DNA of 64,000 bases from PVC group bacterium (GCA_024231215.1 JAAEQR010000202.1:302-64301), one strand, 5' to 3'; positions 30,537-42,045 are shown, counted from the first letter of the stretch. A program made the numbers and translations. The notes: generated by a model from the letters alone, not told the origin.

Positions 30537-30919
30537 AAACTTACACCACAGAAGAAGCTACCATACTTCGCAACAAAGGTGTTGTGTTTCTTACCCCAGA
30601 CGGCAAGAAAGCACCGGCAACGCTGAAACCAAGGATTGAGCCGACAAAAGAAGATAAACAGGCCAGAGCAATAGCAGATATCCTTGATTATTTAAAAAAG
30701 GCCACAGACAGAACAGAGAATAATGTTGAGCAGATAAAGACTGGTCTATTATTAAAGGTACTTGACAAATTAAAGCTTGCCGGTGGGCAGCCAATTACGG
30801 TGAATGTGCCGCCAATTAAAATACCAATCATAGAAAAACCCAAGAAAAAATGGGCTATATTTGACATAGAGAGAACTAACGACAAATTGATAAAAAGTCT
30901 CAAGATAGAAGAATTATGA
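30533..30919 (+). CDS. hypothetical structural protein
   Basis: 128-aa ORF. Confidence 0.3.
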   Translation: MKTYTTEEATILRNKGVVFLTPDGKKAPATLKPRIEPTKEDKQARAIADILDYLKKATDRTENNVEQIKTGLLLKVLDKLKLAGGQPITVNVPPIKIPIIEKPKKKWAIFDIERTNDKLIKSLKIEEL

Positions 30920-31251
30920 TTTCAGCCGAGGCCGGTGGCGGCGGTCAATCACAAACATATACAGAAGTAACAGTAACAAGTTCGGGACTTAGTACCGCGC
31001 AGGTAGATGCCAGCGATATTATAGCTGTTACTGGTGGCGGGGCAAATGTAACTGGTGCTGAAATTCAGGCACCAACGGCGGATTATAAAGAATTGACTTT
31101 AATTGGTGTTGGCAATGGCGTGGTTACGTTCCCAAATACCGCAGCGGCCAACGTGGATTTTAGGCAAGTTCATAAATACGACAGAGGTAGCAGGGGCGAA
31201 TTATTTTGGTCAAAGGATATAGGACTTTGGCGTGGTCGATTCACGCCATAA
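30916..31251 (+). CDS. hypothetical structural protein
   Basis: 111-aa ORF. Confidence 0.3.
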   Translation: MISAEAGGGGQSQTYTEVTVTSSGLSTAQVDASDIIAVTGGGANVTGAEIQAPTADYKELTLIGVGNGVVTFPNTAAANVDFRQVHKYDRGSRGELFWSKDIGLWRGRFTP

Positions 31252-31259
31252 TTATTATC

Positions 31260-33362
31260 ATGTGTTTTGCTAGTACAGCGCAGGCACGATATTATTTGCA
31301 AGATAAACTTGGTTACATGATAACCGAGACAGAGGCACTGTATCTTACACCAACTGCGCTTTATGCCGAAGTGGTTAGTGCCACATGGCTGCAAGGCAAT
31401 AACGCTTATATAGATGTGATAACAGATACCAATGGCAGAAGAAGGACGTTGGCTGATATTTTGCCAGCAGATCATATTTCAGCCACTTATTTGCAAAGTG
31501 TAACAAATGCTTTTATTACAAACAGTTATTTAACTTCAATAACACCCATATATATATCCGGTATGGCAGTAGATACTACCGGCAAAATATCATCTACGTC
31601 AACATACATGGGCATGGGCGAGGCTGAAGATGATGACTATACTGATGGGTTGTGGGTTAGTATAAATGGCGAAACCAAAATCGGCACAATGATGGATAGA
31701 ATAAACGAGGTTTTGGGTAGCCTTGCACCGTCTGCGGCACCGGCATTAGATGATGTGGATATTGATACAAATGGGGAAACAAGCGATATTACGTGGGATG
31801 CAGGCGATGCGCTTGGTGGATACGCAAATGTTACCGGCATAGGTGCCTTGGGTGCTGTAAACGTAGACGGTTCTTTTGCTGATAGTGGCGATAGGGCCGG
31901 TGTTATAGCTACTGCTATTGATACGACCGGAACATTGAATGAGGACGTTGCTGCTGATGCTGACGGGGCGTATCCAGCAAATGCCTTCGGCAATGCAGAT
32001 CAAGGTGATTTGAAATTAGAAGTCAACGGCGTTGTGGTGAGAACCATAGATTTAACCAATGCGTCTGCCGTAGATGATGGGACAGCAACAAGTGGTTTTG
32101 ACATAAGCGCATCGACATCTGTTGAGTTTCCCAACAGTGATCCATTTGACGTATTTAAATACAGAACTGGTAGCTGGCGAATAGATAGTGGTGATGCTAA
32201 CTTAACAAATGGATGGAATTATGTAAAGGTTACGCATACAATAAGCGGTTCAGATACGGATACTAATTACGTGGATTGGGTGGTAGATGACGATACAACA
32301 GACACCACTTATTCCAGCGATGCATTACAAAATCTTGTAATGGGGTATTCTGGTGCAGAACCATATTTGTCAGGGGTTAGATATTTTGAAACTGGTGTAG
32401 CAAATTATGTAATTGATATAGATAATGCATTCAGAAATACGTATAAAACAGGGGATGCCATAACATTTATCTATTCTGGTGGTACAGTTTCTAACCAGTC
32501 ATTAGGCAATAGTGGTGGGAATCAGGCACTACAGAAAGCTGTAGACGAAGTTTTTACTGTTAGTACGAGCAGAAAATTAAATGCTTCGATTACATGTAAA
32601 ACAGAGGTAGACAGAACTTTTAATACTAATGAAAGTAATGACCCATCTGACACCAAAACCATTACTGGACTTCTTCAAGACCCATATATCCATTCGTCAC
32701 CGACACAGGACGATAATACCGAGGGGTTCGATGCTGAGGGGTATCGTCAAGAAAGCACTTTTGATATTACTGATGTCACGTATGCATCTGGTACAGGCAA
32801 TGGTGTGTCGATGTGGGATGCCACCGAAAGCTTGGTGGGTGCTGATGCCGGGCACAATGACGGGCTTTTGGTATATAATGATGCACTTCGTTATCCAAAA
32901 GAAGGTGCACTTAGCGGTGATTTTAGTTCGGTATCAAACGGCCCTGCTGCCAACCCGGATTATTCTGCTGCGGCAGGCGAAAGGACATACATAAGGTATT
33001 TTTATGATGCTTCCAGTCGTAGTAATTTCAGACTTGGTATTTCTGTTTCCGGGTGTACTTGGGTGGCGGCAAGTAATATTGGCGGTCTTGCTTCAACAGA
33101 ATGCGCCTGTGAAATATTAGCCCCAAATACTACACAGGACGTAGGGGCTACGGTAGAATTTAAAGATATGAAAACAGCTTATACTGATGATGATTCTATA
33201 GGTGCTTACGCATCAGCTTTTGGGTCATCTATTCCAGATACTTGGGGTGGGACGATAGGTACTAGATCCACATCTACCAGTGGAAATGTACTTGTGATTA
33301 GATTAACAATAGGTGCAGATTGGACTGGCAATATTAGTCATATAGAGATGACATTTTTATGA
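31260..33362 (+). CDS. tail fibre/receptor-binding-like protein
   Basis: The track ORF is 31206..33362. The first ATG after the upstream stop is at 31260. The protein is about 700 aa, Thr/Ser/Asp/Gly-rich and fibre-like. Confidence 0.4.
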   Translation: MCFASTAQARYYLQDKLGYMITETEALYLTPTALYAEVVSATWLQGNNAYIDVITDTNGRRRTLADILPADHISATYLQSVTNAFITNSYLTSITPIYISGMAVDTTGKISSTSTYMGMGEAEDDDYTDGLWVSINGETKIGTMMDRINEVLGSLAPSAAPALDDVDIDTNGETSDITWDAGDALGGYANVTGIGALGAVNVDGSFADSGDRAGVIATAIDTTGTLNEDVAADADGAYPANAFGNADQGDLKLEVNGVVVRTIDLTNASAVDDGTATSGFDISASTSVEFPNSDPFDVFKYRTGSWRIDSGDANLTNGWNYVKVTHTISGSDTDTNYVDWVVDDDTTDTTYSSDALQNLVMGYSGAEPYLSGVRYFETGVANYVIDIDNAFRNTYKTGDAITFIYSGGTVSNQSLGNSGGNQALQKAVDEVFTVSTSRKLNASITCKTEVDRTFNTNESNDPSDTKTITGLLQDPYIHSSPTQDDNTEGFDAEGYRQESTFDITDVTYASGTGNGVSMWDATESLVGADAGHNDGLLVYNDALRYPKEGALSGDFSSVSNGPAANPDYSAAAGERTYIRYFYDASSRSNFRLGISVSGCTWVAASNIGGLASTECACEILAPNTTQDVGATVEFKDMKTAYTDDDSIGAYASAFGSSIPDTWGGTIGTRSTSTSGNVLVIRLTIGADWTGNISHIEMTFL

Positions 33363-36300
33363 TAAAATTAGTTATAATTACAATGGTTTTATTTATACCA
33401 AAAATATCGTATGGTGATTTCGATTCTGAGACATTATCTCAAGCTGCGTTTAAGAGACTTTTCGGCAAAACACATACGGAGCAAAAACATCTGGCTAATG
33501 AGTCTATCCCGTCTACATATACACTATCATCTGCCAAGGTGTTTGCTGAAACCATACCGTTAACGGCACCAGCAACACACACAAGCATTATGGTAGTGTG
33601 TGCTGATTCTGATGAAAGTGCATTAAAACTTGTTGAAATAGCCGCATCTAATGGTAATTCTTATGAAGCTACAGTACCCAACGCTAATCACCAATTAACA
33701 AACTATACCAATCCAACCACGGGTGCTGCTTATGCTAGTGGTGACAGAGTCTCATTTACAATACCATCCTCCTTTGGGACATCTTACAGACCAATATTAT
33801 ATGATAATAGTGTTGAGGTTCCACCGCTAGATGCTTCCGATTGGTTTTTGGATGAAAATGCCGGTGTTATTCATTCGGAAACAGACTTGGGTTTAAGCAC
33901 GACGGGTACACTGGATGCTTGGGTATATGTTGGCAAAATGGTAAATAGCTTTCATCCGTCTTATGATTTCATGACACCGACTTATTATAATAAACCTACT
34001 CACCCCGGATTAGTAGATAGTTCTTATGTGACAGCCACATACGAACCAGCTGGCAGTATACCGGACAGCAGCTTTCTTACTAACACTTATCATACTCAAG
34101 CATATTTAACACCAACTTATTACAACAAAGTTGTTCATCCGGGCTTGGTTGATAGTTCGTTTATTACCGAGACAAAACAGTTTATTACTAACACATACAC
34201 ACCGAGAAATGAATGGCTTCAAAATGGATTTCCGGCAGCATCAGATGTAACCATAACATGGTATGATGTAACGAGAACGCTTTACATTAGCCCCACTGGA
34301 ACTGATTTTTCTTATACATTGGATGGGATATTATATACAGAATCAGATGCTATTTATGAGACAATAGCAGATTCAACCAATTTATGGGTGTTCTATATTA
34401 GTGCCGAAGGCGTAATGGATAGCATTGAAAATCCCAACGAATCACAGGTGGACAGTATAATTGAAAACGAATGCATTGTTGCTTTTGTTTATTGGAATAC
34501 CGCAGCAAGCATATCTGACGGTAAATTATTCCATGAACTTCATGGCAATAGGATGAGTCCCCACACACACCACTGGATACACGATAACATTGGTGCTGTA
34601 TATAAGTCCGGCATGGCTTTGTCTGATTTTGTCGTTGACCAAAATGGCGATGATAATGAAGATGCACAATTCAGTGTAGCGTCGGGTGAATTTTACGATG
34701 AGGATGTTGAACACGATATGGGGGCTGTCGCAAAAGCAACCGGGATAGAAATTTGGTCGTTGGATGGGGGTGATTGGCAATGGTATACTAATGCAGGGTT
34801 TTCTGTAACTAATACTTACGGCCTTAATGATCGATTGGCGTGGAATGACGGTGGCACACAGGCGGAAGTTGATAATAATGATTTTGTTCTTTGCCATATA
34901 TTTGCTACAAATATTTCTAATGATTATGGTGTTGGCCGAAAATATATAGCCATTCAAGGGCAAGCAGAATATAACACAAAGGGGCAAGCGCGAGAAGGGG
35001 CTGAAACAGAAATTAATGATTTAACTTATGGGAATTTACCTTTGCCCGAATTGGTGCCGATTGCTACAATTATTTTTCAATCTGGTAACGGTTATAATAA
35101 TGATGTTAAAGCAAAAATCGTATCAACTGACGCTGGGGATAATTATATTGATTGGCGAGGAAGTGGCATAAAAGCAACTGGTGGGTCTGTGGCAGATCAT
35201 GGTGCATTGGCTGGTCTTGCAGATGATGACCATACGCAATATTACAAAGATGGCGATATCACAAATACATATTGGACAACAGATGTGAGTGCAGATAACG
35301 TAATAGATGGTGTTAATTTAAAAGACGATACGGTGGATTCGCAGCATTATGTGGCTGGTTCGATTGATGAAGAACATTTAAATTCAACAAACGAACCAAC
35401 AGATAATTATGTACTGTCTTATAATTTGGCTGGTACAAATTTCACATGGATAGAGGCAGCAGCCGGGGGTGGCGATGCGTGGAGTGATCCAGTAGATTCC
35501 AGTCTTATACCAGATGCAGACAACACGTATGATATCGGAAGTAGCGGCTATGAATTTAAAGACGGGTATTTTGATGGCACATTAGAGGCAGATGAAATCA
35601 CCGAAGGCGGCAGTGCAGTATTTAGTTCCGGGGAGGCCGCCACATTCTCTACAGTTAATACAGGACAGGGTGCTTATGAACTGTACGCCATGAATCAAGA
35701 TGTTGAAAGTACTGACGCAGTTACCTTTCTTACTGTAGACACAGGACAAGGTGCAAACGAATTATACACAATGAATCAAGACGTAGAATCTACAGATACC
35801 GTTACTTTTGATGCTGTAACAACCGACCTTATTAGCGATGCTGGTGATATTGATTTTCAACCAAGCGGTGATTCAGATGACTATTTTACAATGAAAACCA
35901 CATCCAATACGCCGACATTTTTAAGCACTGGTGGGGGGATGATAATAGAATCTGAAGATTCATATGATATCCATTTAAAACCAAGCAGTGGGATAGCTTT
36001 AATTACTGGTGCTATTAGTGAAACAAATTCACATGGCCCAGTCTTGCCCGAAGCTAAATCGCTCCCACCGGGATATACATTCTTACATACCACCACTGGA
36101 CGATCTATTCTATATACTTCAGACGGTTCGAACTGGACTCCCGTGCAGTCTATTGGGACTATGGTGCTGTATGTAGATGCTACTGATGGAGAAAACATTC
36201 TTGGAACAAAGGGGACAGGTGTTGATGGTGATGCTTTTGCTACTATTCAATTTGCTTGGGATGCTATACCCCCCATCTTTAATGGAGATGTTACTATTAA

Positions 36301-37204
36301 CATTAACTCTGAAATATATGAAGAGACTTTAGAATTGTACGGGAAAACTCCTGGTGGGCCTTATAGTATTACTTTTGAAGGAACCTTATCAGCATCAGTC
36401 GATGATGGGACAGCGGAAGCATCATCATCTAAGGGTGCCGCATCGACAAGGGCGCATGTTGATGACGCTAATGAATTTCCTGATTCAGCAACAGGTATGT
36501 TGCTTAATTTAGATGCTGGTGGTGATAATGATTGGCGAATTATACGTTCTATAGATGCTGGTGAGGATATTGCTACTCTTTGCGGAATGACTACGAGCGA
36601 ACCTGATGCTAATGCTTGGGCAGTTTATGAATGGGCTACGGAAATAGATGGAAAGGGTTCCACAACAATTCTATTAGATGGACAAAAGAATGTTATATTT
36701 AAAAACATAAAGTTTTCGTCAGATGGTTCTACTTTCCTAGCTACTATACAAAATTTTAGCACCGCAGAGTTTTGGTATTGCCATCTTGAGGGGAGAGTAG
36801 ATTTTAGACTATCTAAGGGGGTTATTGATACCTGTTATTTTAACACAAGTGACAATGTTATAAATCTGTATTCACGGGATAGTTCGCTTATAGATTGTTT
36901 TAGATCACTTTTCGTAAATGATAGACAAACTGCTGTATGGGTATTTATAGTATCTGGAATTAACTTTGGGTATGGAAGTACCATAGATGAGGTGGATAAT
37001 GGTGCAGATGCTATAAGAATTTACAGAAACTCTGTAGGGGTTATTTATGGGGGTGGGACGTATGGTAATGCGTGGTTTGAAAACGCTGACAATGCCATAA
37101 CATCAGACTATGGTGGTCAGGTTTTGGGAGTAGGTGCAGCTGTTTACCTTTTCAACAATGGCGACGAAAACGCAGTAGCAGCATCTTATGGGTATATAGA
37201 CTAA
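33359..37204 (+). CDS. large tail fibre/tailspike protein with internal tandem repeats
   Basis: 1281 aa with a hydrophobic N-terminus. It has a degenerate ~45-aa repeat (TPTYYNKPTHPGLVDSSYVTATYEPAGS / TPTYYNKVVHPGLVDSSFITETKQF) and a ~27-aa tandem repeat (TGQGAYELYAMNQDVESTDAVTF x2). The C-terminal region is beta-helix-like. Confidence 0.5.
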   Translation: MIKLVIITMVLFIPKISYGDFDSETLSQAAFKRLFGKTHTEQKHLANESIPSTYTLSSAKVFAETIPLTAPATHTSIMVVCADSDESALKLVEIAASNGNSYEATVPNANHQLTNYTNPTTGAAYASGDRVSFTIPSSFGTSYRPILYDNSVEVPPLDASDWFLDENAGVIHSETDLGLSTTGTLDAWVYVGKMVNSFHPSYDFMTPTYYNKPTHPGLVDSSYVTATYEPAGSIPDSSFLTNTYHTQAYLTPTYYNKVVHPGLVDSSFITETKQFITNTYTPRNEWLQNGFPAASDVTITWYDVTRTLYISPTGTDFSYTLDGILYTESDAIYETIADSTNLWVFYISAEGVMDSIENPNESQVDSIIENECIVAFVYWNTAASISDGKLFHELHGNRMSPHTHHWIHDNIGAVYKSGMALSDFVVDQNGDDNEDAQFSVASGEFYDEDVEHDMGAVAKATGIEIWSLDGGDWQWYTNAGFSVTNTYGLNDRLAWNDGGTQAEVDNNDFVLCHIFATNISNDYGVGRKYIAIQGQAEYNTKGQAREGAETEINDLTYGNLPLPELVPIATIIFQSGNGYNNDVKAKIVSTDAGDNYIDWRGSGIKATGGSVADHGALAGLADDDHTQYYKDGDITNTYWTTDVSADNVIDGVNLKDDTVDSQHYVAGSIDEEHLNSTNEPTDNYVLSYNLAGTNFTWIEAAAGGGDAWSDPVDSSLIPDADNTYDIGSSGYEFKDGYFDGTLEADEITEGGSAVFSSGEAATFSTVNTGQGAYELYAMNQDVESTDAVTFLTVDTGQGANELYTMNQDVESTDTVTFDAVTTDLISDAGDIDFQPSGDSDDYFTMKTTSNTPTFLSTGGGMIIESEDSYDIHLKPSSGIALITGAISETNSHGPVLPEAKSLPPGYTFLHTTTGRSILYTSDGSNWTPVQSIGTMVLYVDATDGENILGTKGTGVDGDAFATIQFAWDAIPPIFNGDVTININSEIYEETLELYGKTPGGPYSITFEGTLSASVDDGTAEASSSKGAASTRAHVDDANEFPDSATGMLLNLDAGGDNDWRIIRSIDAGEDIATLCGMTTSEPDANAWAVYEWATEIDGKGSTTILLDGQKNVIFKNIKFSSDGSTFLATIQNFSTAEFWYCHLEGRVDFRLSKGVIDTCYFNTSDNVINLYSRDSSLIDCFRSLFVNDRQTAVWVFIVSGINFGYGSTIDEVDNGADAIRIYRNSVGVIYGGGTYGNAWFENADNAITSDYGGQVLGVGAAVYLFNNGDENAVAASYGYID

Positions 37205-37473
37205 TGCAAATATATTTTGTAGAAGCTACAGGTAGAATATTAAGAGCAATATATGATAAGGATATTTTTGTTACTCGAGTAAACTTTAACATATCTACAG
37301 AAACATTTGAGATAGATGAGATTGATCCTGACAATAAAGAACTGTGCCGAGATATTGCAAGCACTATTAGACGAAAAGATGCTGAAGGAGATCCAAAATA
37401 TTATATGTATGATAATGCTGGGACATGGGAGCTACATGACAAAGACGGTTGGCAAGAACAGATGGGGGTATAA
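37204..37473 (+). CDS. hypothetical protein
   Basis: 89-aa ORF. Confidence 0.3.
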   Translation: MQIYFVEATGRILRAIYDKDIFVTRVNFNISTETFEIDEIDPDNKELCRDIASTIRRKDAEGDPKYYMYDNAGTWELHDKDGWQEQMGV

Positions 37474-37664
37474 TGTCTAAAATAACACCTACGGTAGATT
37501 TGGACAAGTCAGCTTTAAGAGCGAGTTATATACAAGCTGTATCCGATTTAGGGACTGCCCCTACTGCTAATTTAAATACAATATCTAAACTTGAAACAGC
37601 TTTCAAATTGCATGCAGCAATTACTCTTAAACTACTCAAGGGTATCAAGAGGTTAATAACATAA
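37449..37664 (+). CDS. hypothetical protein
   Basis: 71-aa ORF. Confidence 0.25.
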   Translation: MARTDGGIMSKITPTVDLDKSALRASYIQAVSDLGTAPTANLNTISKLETAFKLHAAITLKLLKGIKRLIT

Positions 37665-37775
37665 TGCATGATGAATTACTCACGTTGGATTCCCAATAGA
37701 ATAATAAAATGGCTATGGCTGCCATACTTGAAAAGACACTTAAAGTTATAAAACGAACATTATAATACATGGATT

Positions 37776-38246
37776 ATGCCACGTATAGAAGCAACATTTA
37801 CACGAACCGGTGCGCCAGAAGGTGGTTTAACACCGACTATAAAAATTTGGGATGCGACAAATAACAGTCAAATTGTAAATACTGCTGCCAATATAACAGA
37901 AATAGATGATACTGAAACAAGTGGGCGATATATATATATTTTTAACGCAGCCGCAGGTTATTTACCAACCATAGATTATGTTGGGCATTGGGACGGCGGC
38001 ACAGGATTAACCGGTTCTGAACGATATAAATATTTTTCATCGGCAAGCATTTTAACTACAGAAGTTGAGGGGGCATTAACATACGGCGAAATAGTGCGAA
38101 TCATGTTAAGTTGGATGACAGGGCTGGTTAGTGGTGCAGGGTCAGATAATATTAAATGGCGAGATTATGCCAACAGTAAAAACAGGATTGAAGTAACGGC
38201 AGATGAATTTGGTAACAGACATTCGGTTACGCTTGATGGTGAATAA
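37776..38246 (+). CDS. hypothetical structural protein
   Basis: 156-aa ORF. Confidence 0.35.
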   Translation: MPRIEATFTRTGAPEGGLTPTIKIWDATNNSQIVNTAANITEIDDTETSGRYIYIFNAAAGYLPTIDYVGHWDGGTGLTGSERYKYFSSASILTTEVEGALTYGEIVRIMLSWMTGLVSGAGSDNIKWRDYANSKNRIEVTADEFGNRHSVTLDGE

Positions 38247-38470
38247 TGACATTTCTATACAATGGTGCATTACCGCATCGAGGGCAAGCACTGAAGGGGT
38301 GGGCAGAACGCAGCATCCCCGGCATGCCCATAAGTTATTTTGCCCCAAGGCGTGTGGGCGGCCAGCCTGTTAGTATAGGTATTGACAGAAGATTGGTAGT
38401 AGCAAGAAAACAAGATGACGAAATGCTGGAATTAATAACAATAATTACAGGTTCAGGGATACTAAATTAG
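38246..38470 (+). CDS. hypothetical protein
   Basis: 74-aa ORF with overlapping stop/start. Confidence 0.3.
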   Translation: MTFLYNGALPHRGQALKGWAERSIPGMPISYFAPRRVGGQPVSIGIDRRLVVARKQDDEMLELITIITGSGILN

Positions 38471-41400
38471 TGGCATCTTTTGATTATTGTAAAAAATTAC
38501 TCGGGTTGTCGGATGGTTTTTTGGCAGAATTTGCGCAACGCCAGAAAGAAATAATTGCATCTGGCAAAAAGAAAGCAACTGGCTTGGTGGGTTTTGACGC
38601 AGAAACTGTTAAAACATTTACAGAAGAACTTCGTGGTGAACGCGATGCTATACTAAAACAAGTAGGGTACGAAAAACCAGTTACGGTTGAACCTGAAGCG
38701 GCACCCAAAGCTAGAAAAACTATCCCCATCAAAGACACCGGTCTGCAATTTGACAAAAAGGGATATGAACTTGCTGACAAATTTAACAAGGCGAATCCTG
38801 AATTTAATTTAGAGTACAAAGGCACCACTGGCGAATTAAGTCAATTTCACCCTAAGGGTCTGCCAGAGAATATGCGGTCTGACATAGTGACAAAGAATTT
38901 TGGCTATGTTGATCTTATTAATAAAACCAAGGATTTAAAAGAACGATTTGCTAAAGAAGTACCCAAAGAGGTTACGCCGGAGAAAAAAGCCGCGGTGGGG
39001 GTTGAAAAATTAGAAGAAATTAAAACTATTCTGGCCAAAGACAATTTAAAAATTACAGACGAAACAGCATTAAAAGAGTCACTAAAAAAGGATCAAGATA
39101 AATGGCGTGACGAAATAAGGAAAATCGATGACTATCCACACCCGCGACAAATTGATATACCAATTCTAGCAGATACCCTAAAAAAAATGAATCTCAAACC
39201 GTGGGGGGATACCAAAAAGGAATTCCCTATAATTACAAAATTCTTGGAAGAAAGTTTTTTGGGTGAAAAGAAGCCAAAAGATTTGACTATAAAGGAAATG
39301 GTCGAAGGCGAGGGCGAAGTTGGTGCTTATAAGATAGGTAAGCATGATGCCAAAATAAGTATTCTTAAAAAAATAAAATCTAAGAGAGTTGAAGTAGCTG
39401 ACATTAAAAAAAGCATATTGGATTATTCAAAACAAAATCTAACAGAATTGGATAGAAACAAAATACATCGACTCACTACCAAAGCTACAACACAACTCGG
39501 ATTAAATAGGGCATTAAAAGAAATTGACAGGGTAGAAGAAAGATACCAGAGAAAAACTGCTGTTGCTGATTTAAAGGAAACAAGGGCATCCATTGATTTT
39601 AAGCAACTACGTCCAGAATATAAATCGACAATTGAGAGTATTTTTACTGACGTTGATTTAGTGAATCGTGCCGACAAAACTACCAGAGGATTAGAAAGTC
39701 TTGCCGATCATCTTGAACGAAATCCAGATGCTAATATACCACCGCAATATATACGAAAACTGGGTAGATTAGAGAAGAAGGAAATTAAGGACTTAGCAAC
39801 AGAAGATATAACACTAATTAATAATTCAGTAAAAAGTTTAGTTCATCAAGAAAAACAAAAAAATAAATTCCTTGCTGTGGGGAAAGTACGGGATTTTAAT
39901 AAGGGTAAAGCACAGGCAATAGAAAATGTTAAAAGCGATAAGGGGCGTGTTTTTAAAAAGTATAAAAACAAGGAGCCGGGGTTATTGCGCACAACCGGAA
40001 TAGACTTTCTTAACATGGAGTATATGGCTAAACATTTGGACAAAGCAGACAGAGATATAAATAAAGCCATTACTTATGATGTTTTAAACGAAGGTGTTAG
40101 AGATACTATAAAAATGAGGCGTGATGCAAAATCAGAACTACGTGGAAAAACGAAAGACGTTGATATGGATAACTGGAGTGAATCTTTTCATGTCCAGCGC
40201 AAAGAGGGCAAAAACAGGAAAAAAGTAGACTATAAGAAAATTAAACTTTCTTCGGGAAAAACCATAGAACTTAACTCTGCGGAAAGAATACAGATGTATT
40301 TGCTTGGTCAAAGAGAACAGGCATTGGGGCATTTGCTTGCAGATACCGGGGGAATACGCATTGAGCAGGATTATAAAAAACCGAGATATAAACTTACCGG
40401 TGAGGATATAGATGCCATAACAAAACTAACGCCGGGGGAAAAAAGGGTGGCGGATGCGCTGCACGATTATTATAATATCACACAAAAAAACAAAATTAAT
40501 GAAACCAGTGTGAAAATTAATAACCGAGAAGATGCAACAGAAAAAAATTATGTTCGTATAAGAATATTTGGTGAAGACATCCAACGCGACTATCTAACAA
40601 AAGGCATGTTGCCCGGAGATATGAATAATTTCACCAAATTTTCAGTTGAGGGCATGGGTTGGTTAAAACCTACAACACCAGGAGCAAAGCAACCAATTTT
40701 ATTAGAAGATGCTTTCAATGCTCATATGCGAAGCATGATAGAAGCATCTGCATATCACGGTTTAGCTGCACCACTTAGAGATGCAAAGGCTCTTATAAAA
40801 GACCCCGATTATAGAAAAACCATACGGAATAATTATGGTGAACATTATTTAAAATACATGGATAGATATTTAGTTGAAATGGAGGGCGAGTATAGAAACG
40901 TTGATAATGTTGAAAAAATAACACAGGAGGCAATAAACAGACTAGACAGTGCTTTCTTGGGTGCAAATCCGTGGATTATGGTTAAACAGACAATTTCATA
41001 TTTTGGTGCTTCTCAGGAAATAAAGTGGAAATATCTATTAAGGGCATCCAAAACAAAGGGTGTATCGGATGAAGTTATTAAAAAATATAGTCCCGAAGGT
41101 GGGGAGCGATTAGAGGGGAAAATAACTAGGGAGTTAGGGGAGGTTGCTAATGTTGGTAAGGTACGGCAATTTTGGACAGACAAAACGACCTTACCACAAA
41201 AAACAATGGCCGGTATTAGAAAATTTGATAGTGCAACTATTAAAAGAATTTGGAAGGCAGTGGAATATGAAACTAACGAACTTCATCCCAAACTTAAGGG
41301 TGATGAACGAATGAATCACATTGCACGTAGGGCAGAGGAGGTTATACGTTTAACGCAGCCTACATTTGAAACAAAAGATCGCTCTGCTATAGGCCGTAGT

Positions 41401-42045
41401 CCAGCCACATTTACAAGACTTATTACAAAATATTCATCGCAAAGAAACAAAAACGTGATGATGGAGCATAGAGCGATTAACAAATATTTACAGAGTGAGA
41501 GAACATCACATGATAAAAAAGCCCTTGCAAGTGCTGTTGTAACGCTTGGTGTGTTAAAGGCACTTACTTTGTATAGTGTGGATGAGTTGCGGAACCTTAC
41601 CTATGGCAGAAAAGAACCAGACAATAAGAACAGACATAGGGCACTCAAATGGATGGAATATACCCTTGGTGATATTTATGTCGTTGGAAATATATTTAGT
41701 AACATAGTGAGTGGTATTGAGTATGGTAGTTTCGCTAAAGGACAATCTGACATTATATCCTCTACGGCTGGGGACTTCACAGATGCTATGGTCGCCGCTT
41801 GGAATGCAGCAGGGGAATGGGTTGACCAAAGCACTTTTGAATCGGGGAAAAACGAGGACGAAAAGAAATGGATCAATTCTATTATAAAAGCCGCTGATAA
41901 TTCTGCCGCCGTCTATCTTCACGTAAGGCGTGGAATACCATATAGAACAATTAAAAAGATGGTTGGAATACCATTTGTCGATAGGAGTAAAGAAAAAAAA
42001 TCAACTGGCAAAACCACCACAAGACCCGTTAGGAAAGAAAATTAA
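38470..42045 (+). CDS. large K/E-rich internal virion protein (ejection/tape-measure-like)
   Basis: 1191 aa with a strongly charged lysine/glutamate-rich N-terminal 700 aa and predicted coiled coils. Confidence 0.4.
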   Translation: MASFDYCKKLLGLSDGFLAEFAQRQKEIIASGKKKATGLVGFDAETVKTFTEELRGERDAILKQVGYEKPVTVEPEAAPKARKTIPIKDTGLQFDKKGYELADKFNKANPEFNLEYKGTTGELSQFHPKGLPENMRSDIVTKNFGYVDLINKTKDLKERFAKEVPKEVTPEKKAAVGVEKLEEIKTILAKDNLKITDETALKESLKKDQDKWRDEIRKIDDYPHPRQIDIPILADTLKKMNLKPWGDTKKEFPIITKFLEESFLGEKKPKDLTIKEMVEGEGEVGAYKIGKHDAKISILKKIKSKRVEVADIKKSILDYSKQNLTELDRNKIHRLTTKATTQLGLNRALKEIDRVEERYQRKTAVADLKETRASIDFKQLRPEYKSTIESIFTDVDLVNRADKTTRGLESLADHLERNPDANIPPQYIRKLGRLEKKEIKDLATEDITLINNSVKSLVHQEKQKNKFLAVGKVRDFNKGKAQAIENVKSDKGRVFKKYKNKEPGLLRTTGIDFLNMEYMAKHLDKADRDINKAITYDVLNEGVRDTIKMRRDAKSELRGKTKDVDMDNWSESFHVQRKEGKNRKKVDYKKIKLSSGKTIELNSAERIQMYLLGQREQALGHLLADTGGIRIEQDYKKPRYKLTGEDIDAITKLTPGEKRVADALHDYYNITQKNKINETSVKINNREDATEKNYVRIRIFGEDIQRDYLTKGMLPGDMNNFTKFSVEGMGWLKPTTPGAKQPILLEDAFNAHMRSMIEASAYHGLAAPLRDAKALIKDPDYRKTIRNNYGEHYLKYMDRYLVEMEGEYRNVDNVEKITQEAINRLDSAFLGANPWIMVKQTISYFGASQEIKWKYLLRASKTKGVSDEVIKKYSPEGGERLEGKITRELGEVANVGKVRQFWTDKTTLPQKTMAGIRKFDSATIKRIWKAVEYETNELHPKLKGDERMNHIARRAEEVIRLTQPTFETKDRSAIGRSPATFTRLITKYSSQRNKNVMMEHRAINKYLQSERTSHDKKALASAVVTLGVLKALTLYSVDELRNLTYGRKEPDNKNRHRALKWMEYTLGDIYVVGNIFSNIVSGIEYGSFAKGQSDIISSTAGDFTDAMVAAWNAAGEWVDQSTFESGKNEDEKKWINSIIKAADNSAAVYLHVRRGIPYRTIKKMVGIPFVDRSKEKKSTGKTTTRPVRKEN

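Noticed and set aside
30916-33362. Programmed -1 frameshift fusing 30916..31251 to the 718-aa ORF
   Set aside because: The 45-nt overlap contains no X-XXY-YYZ slippery heptamer. An ordinary ATG at 31260, just after the upstream stop, gives a normal two-gene arrangement.
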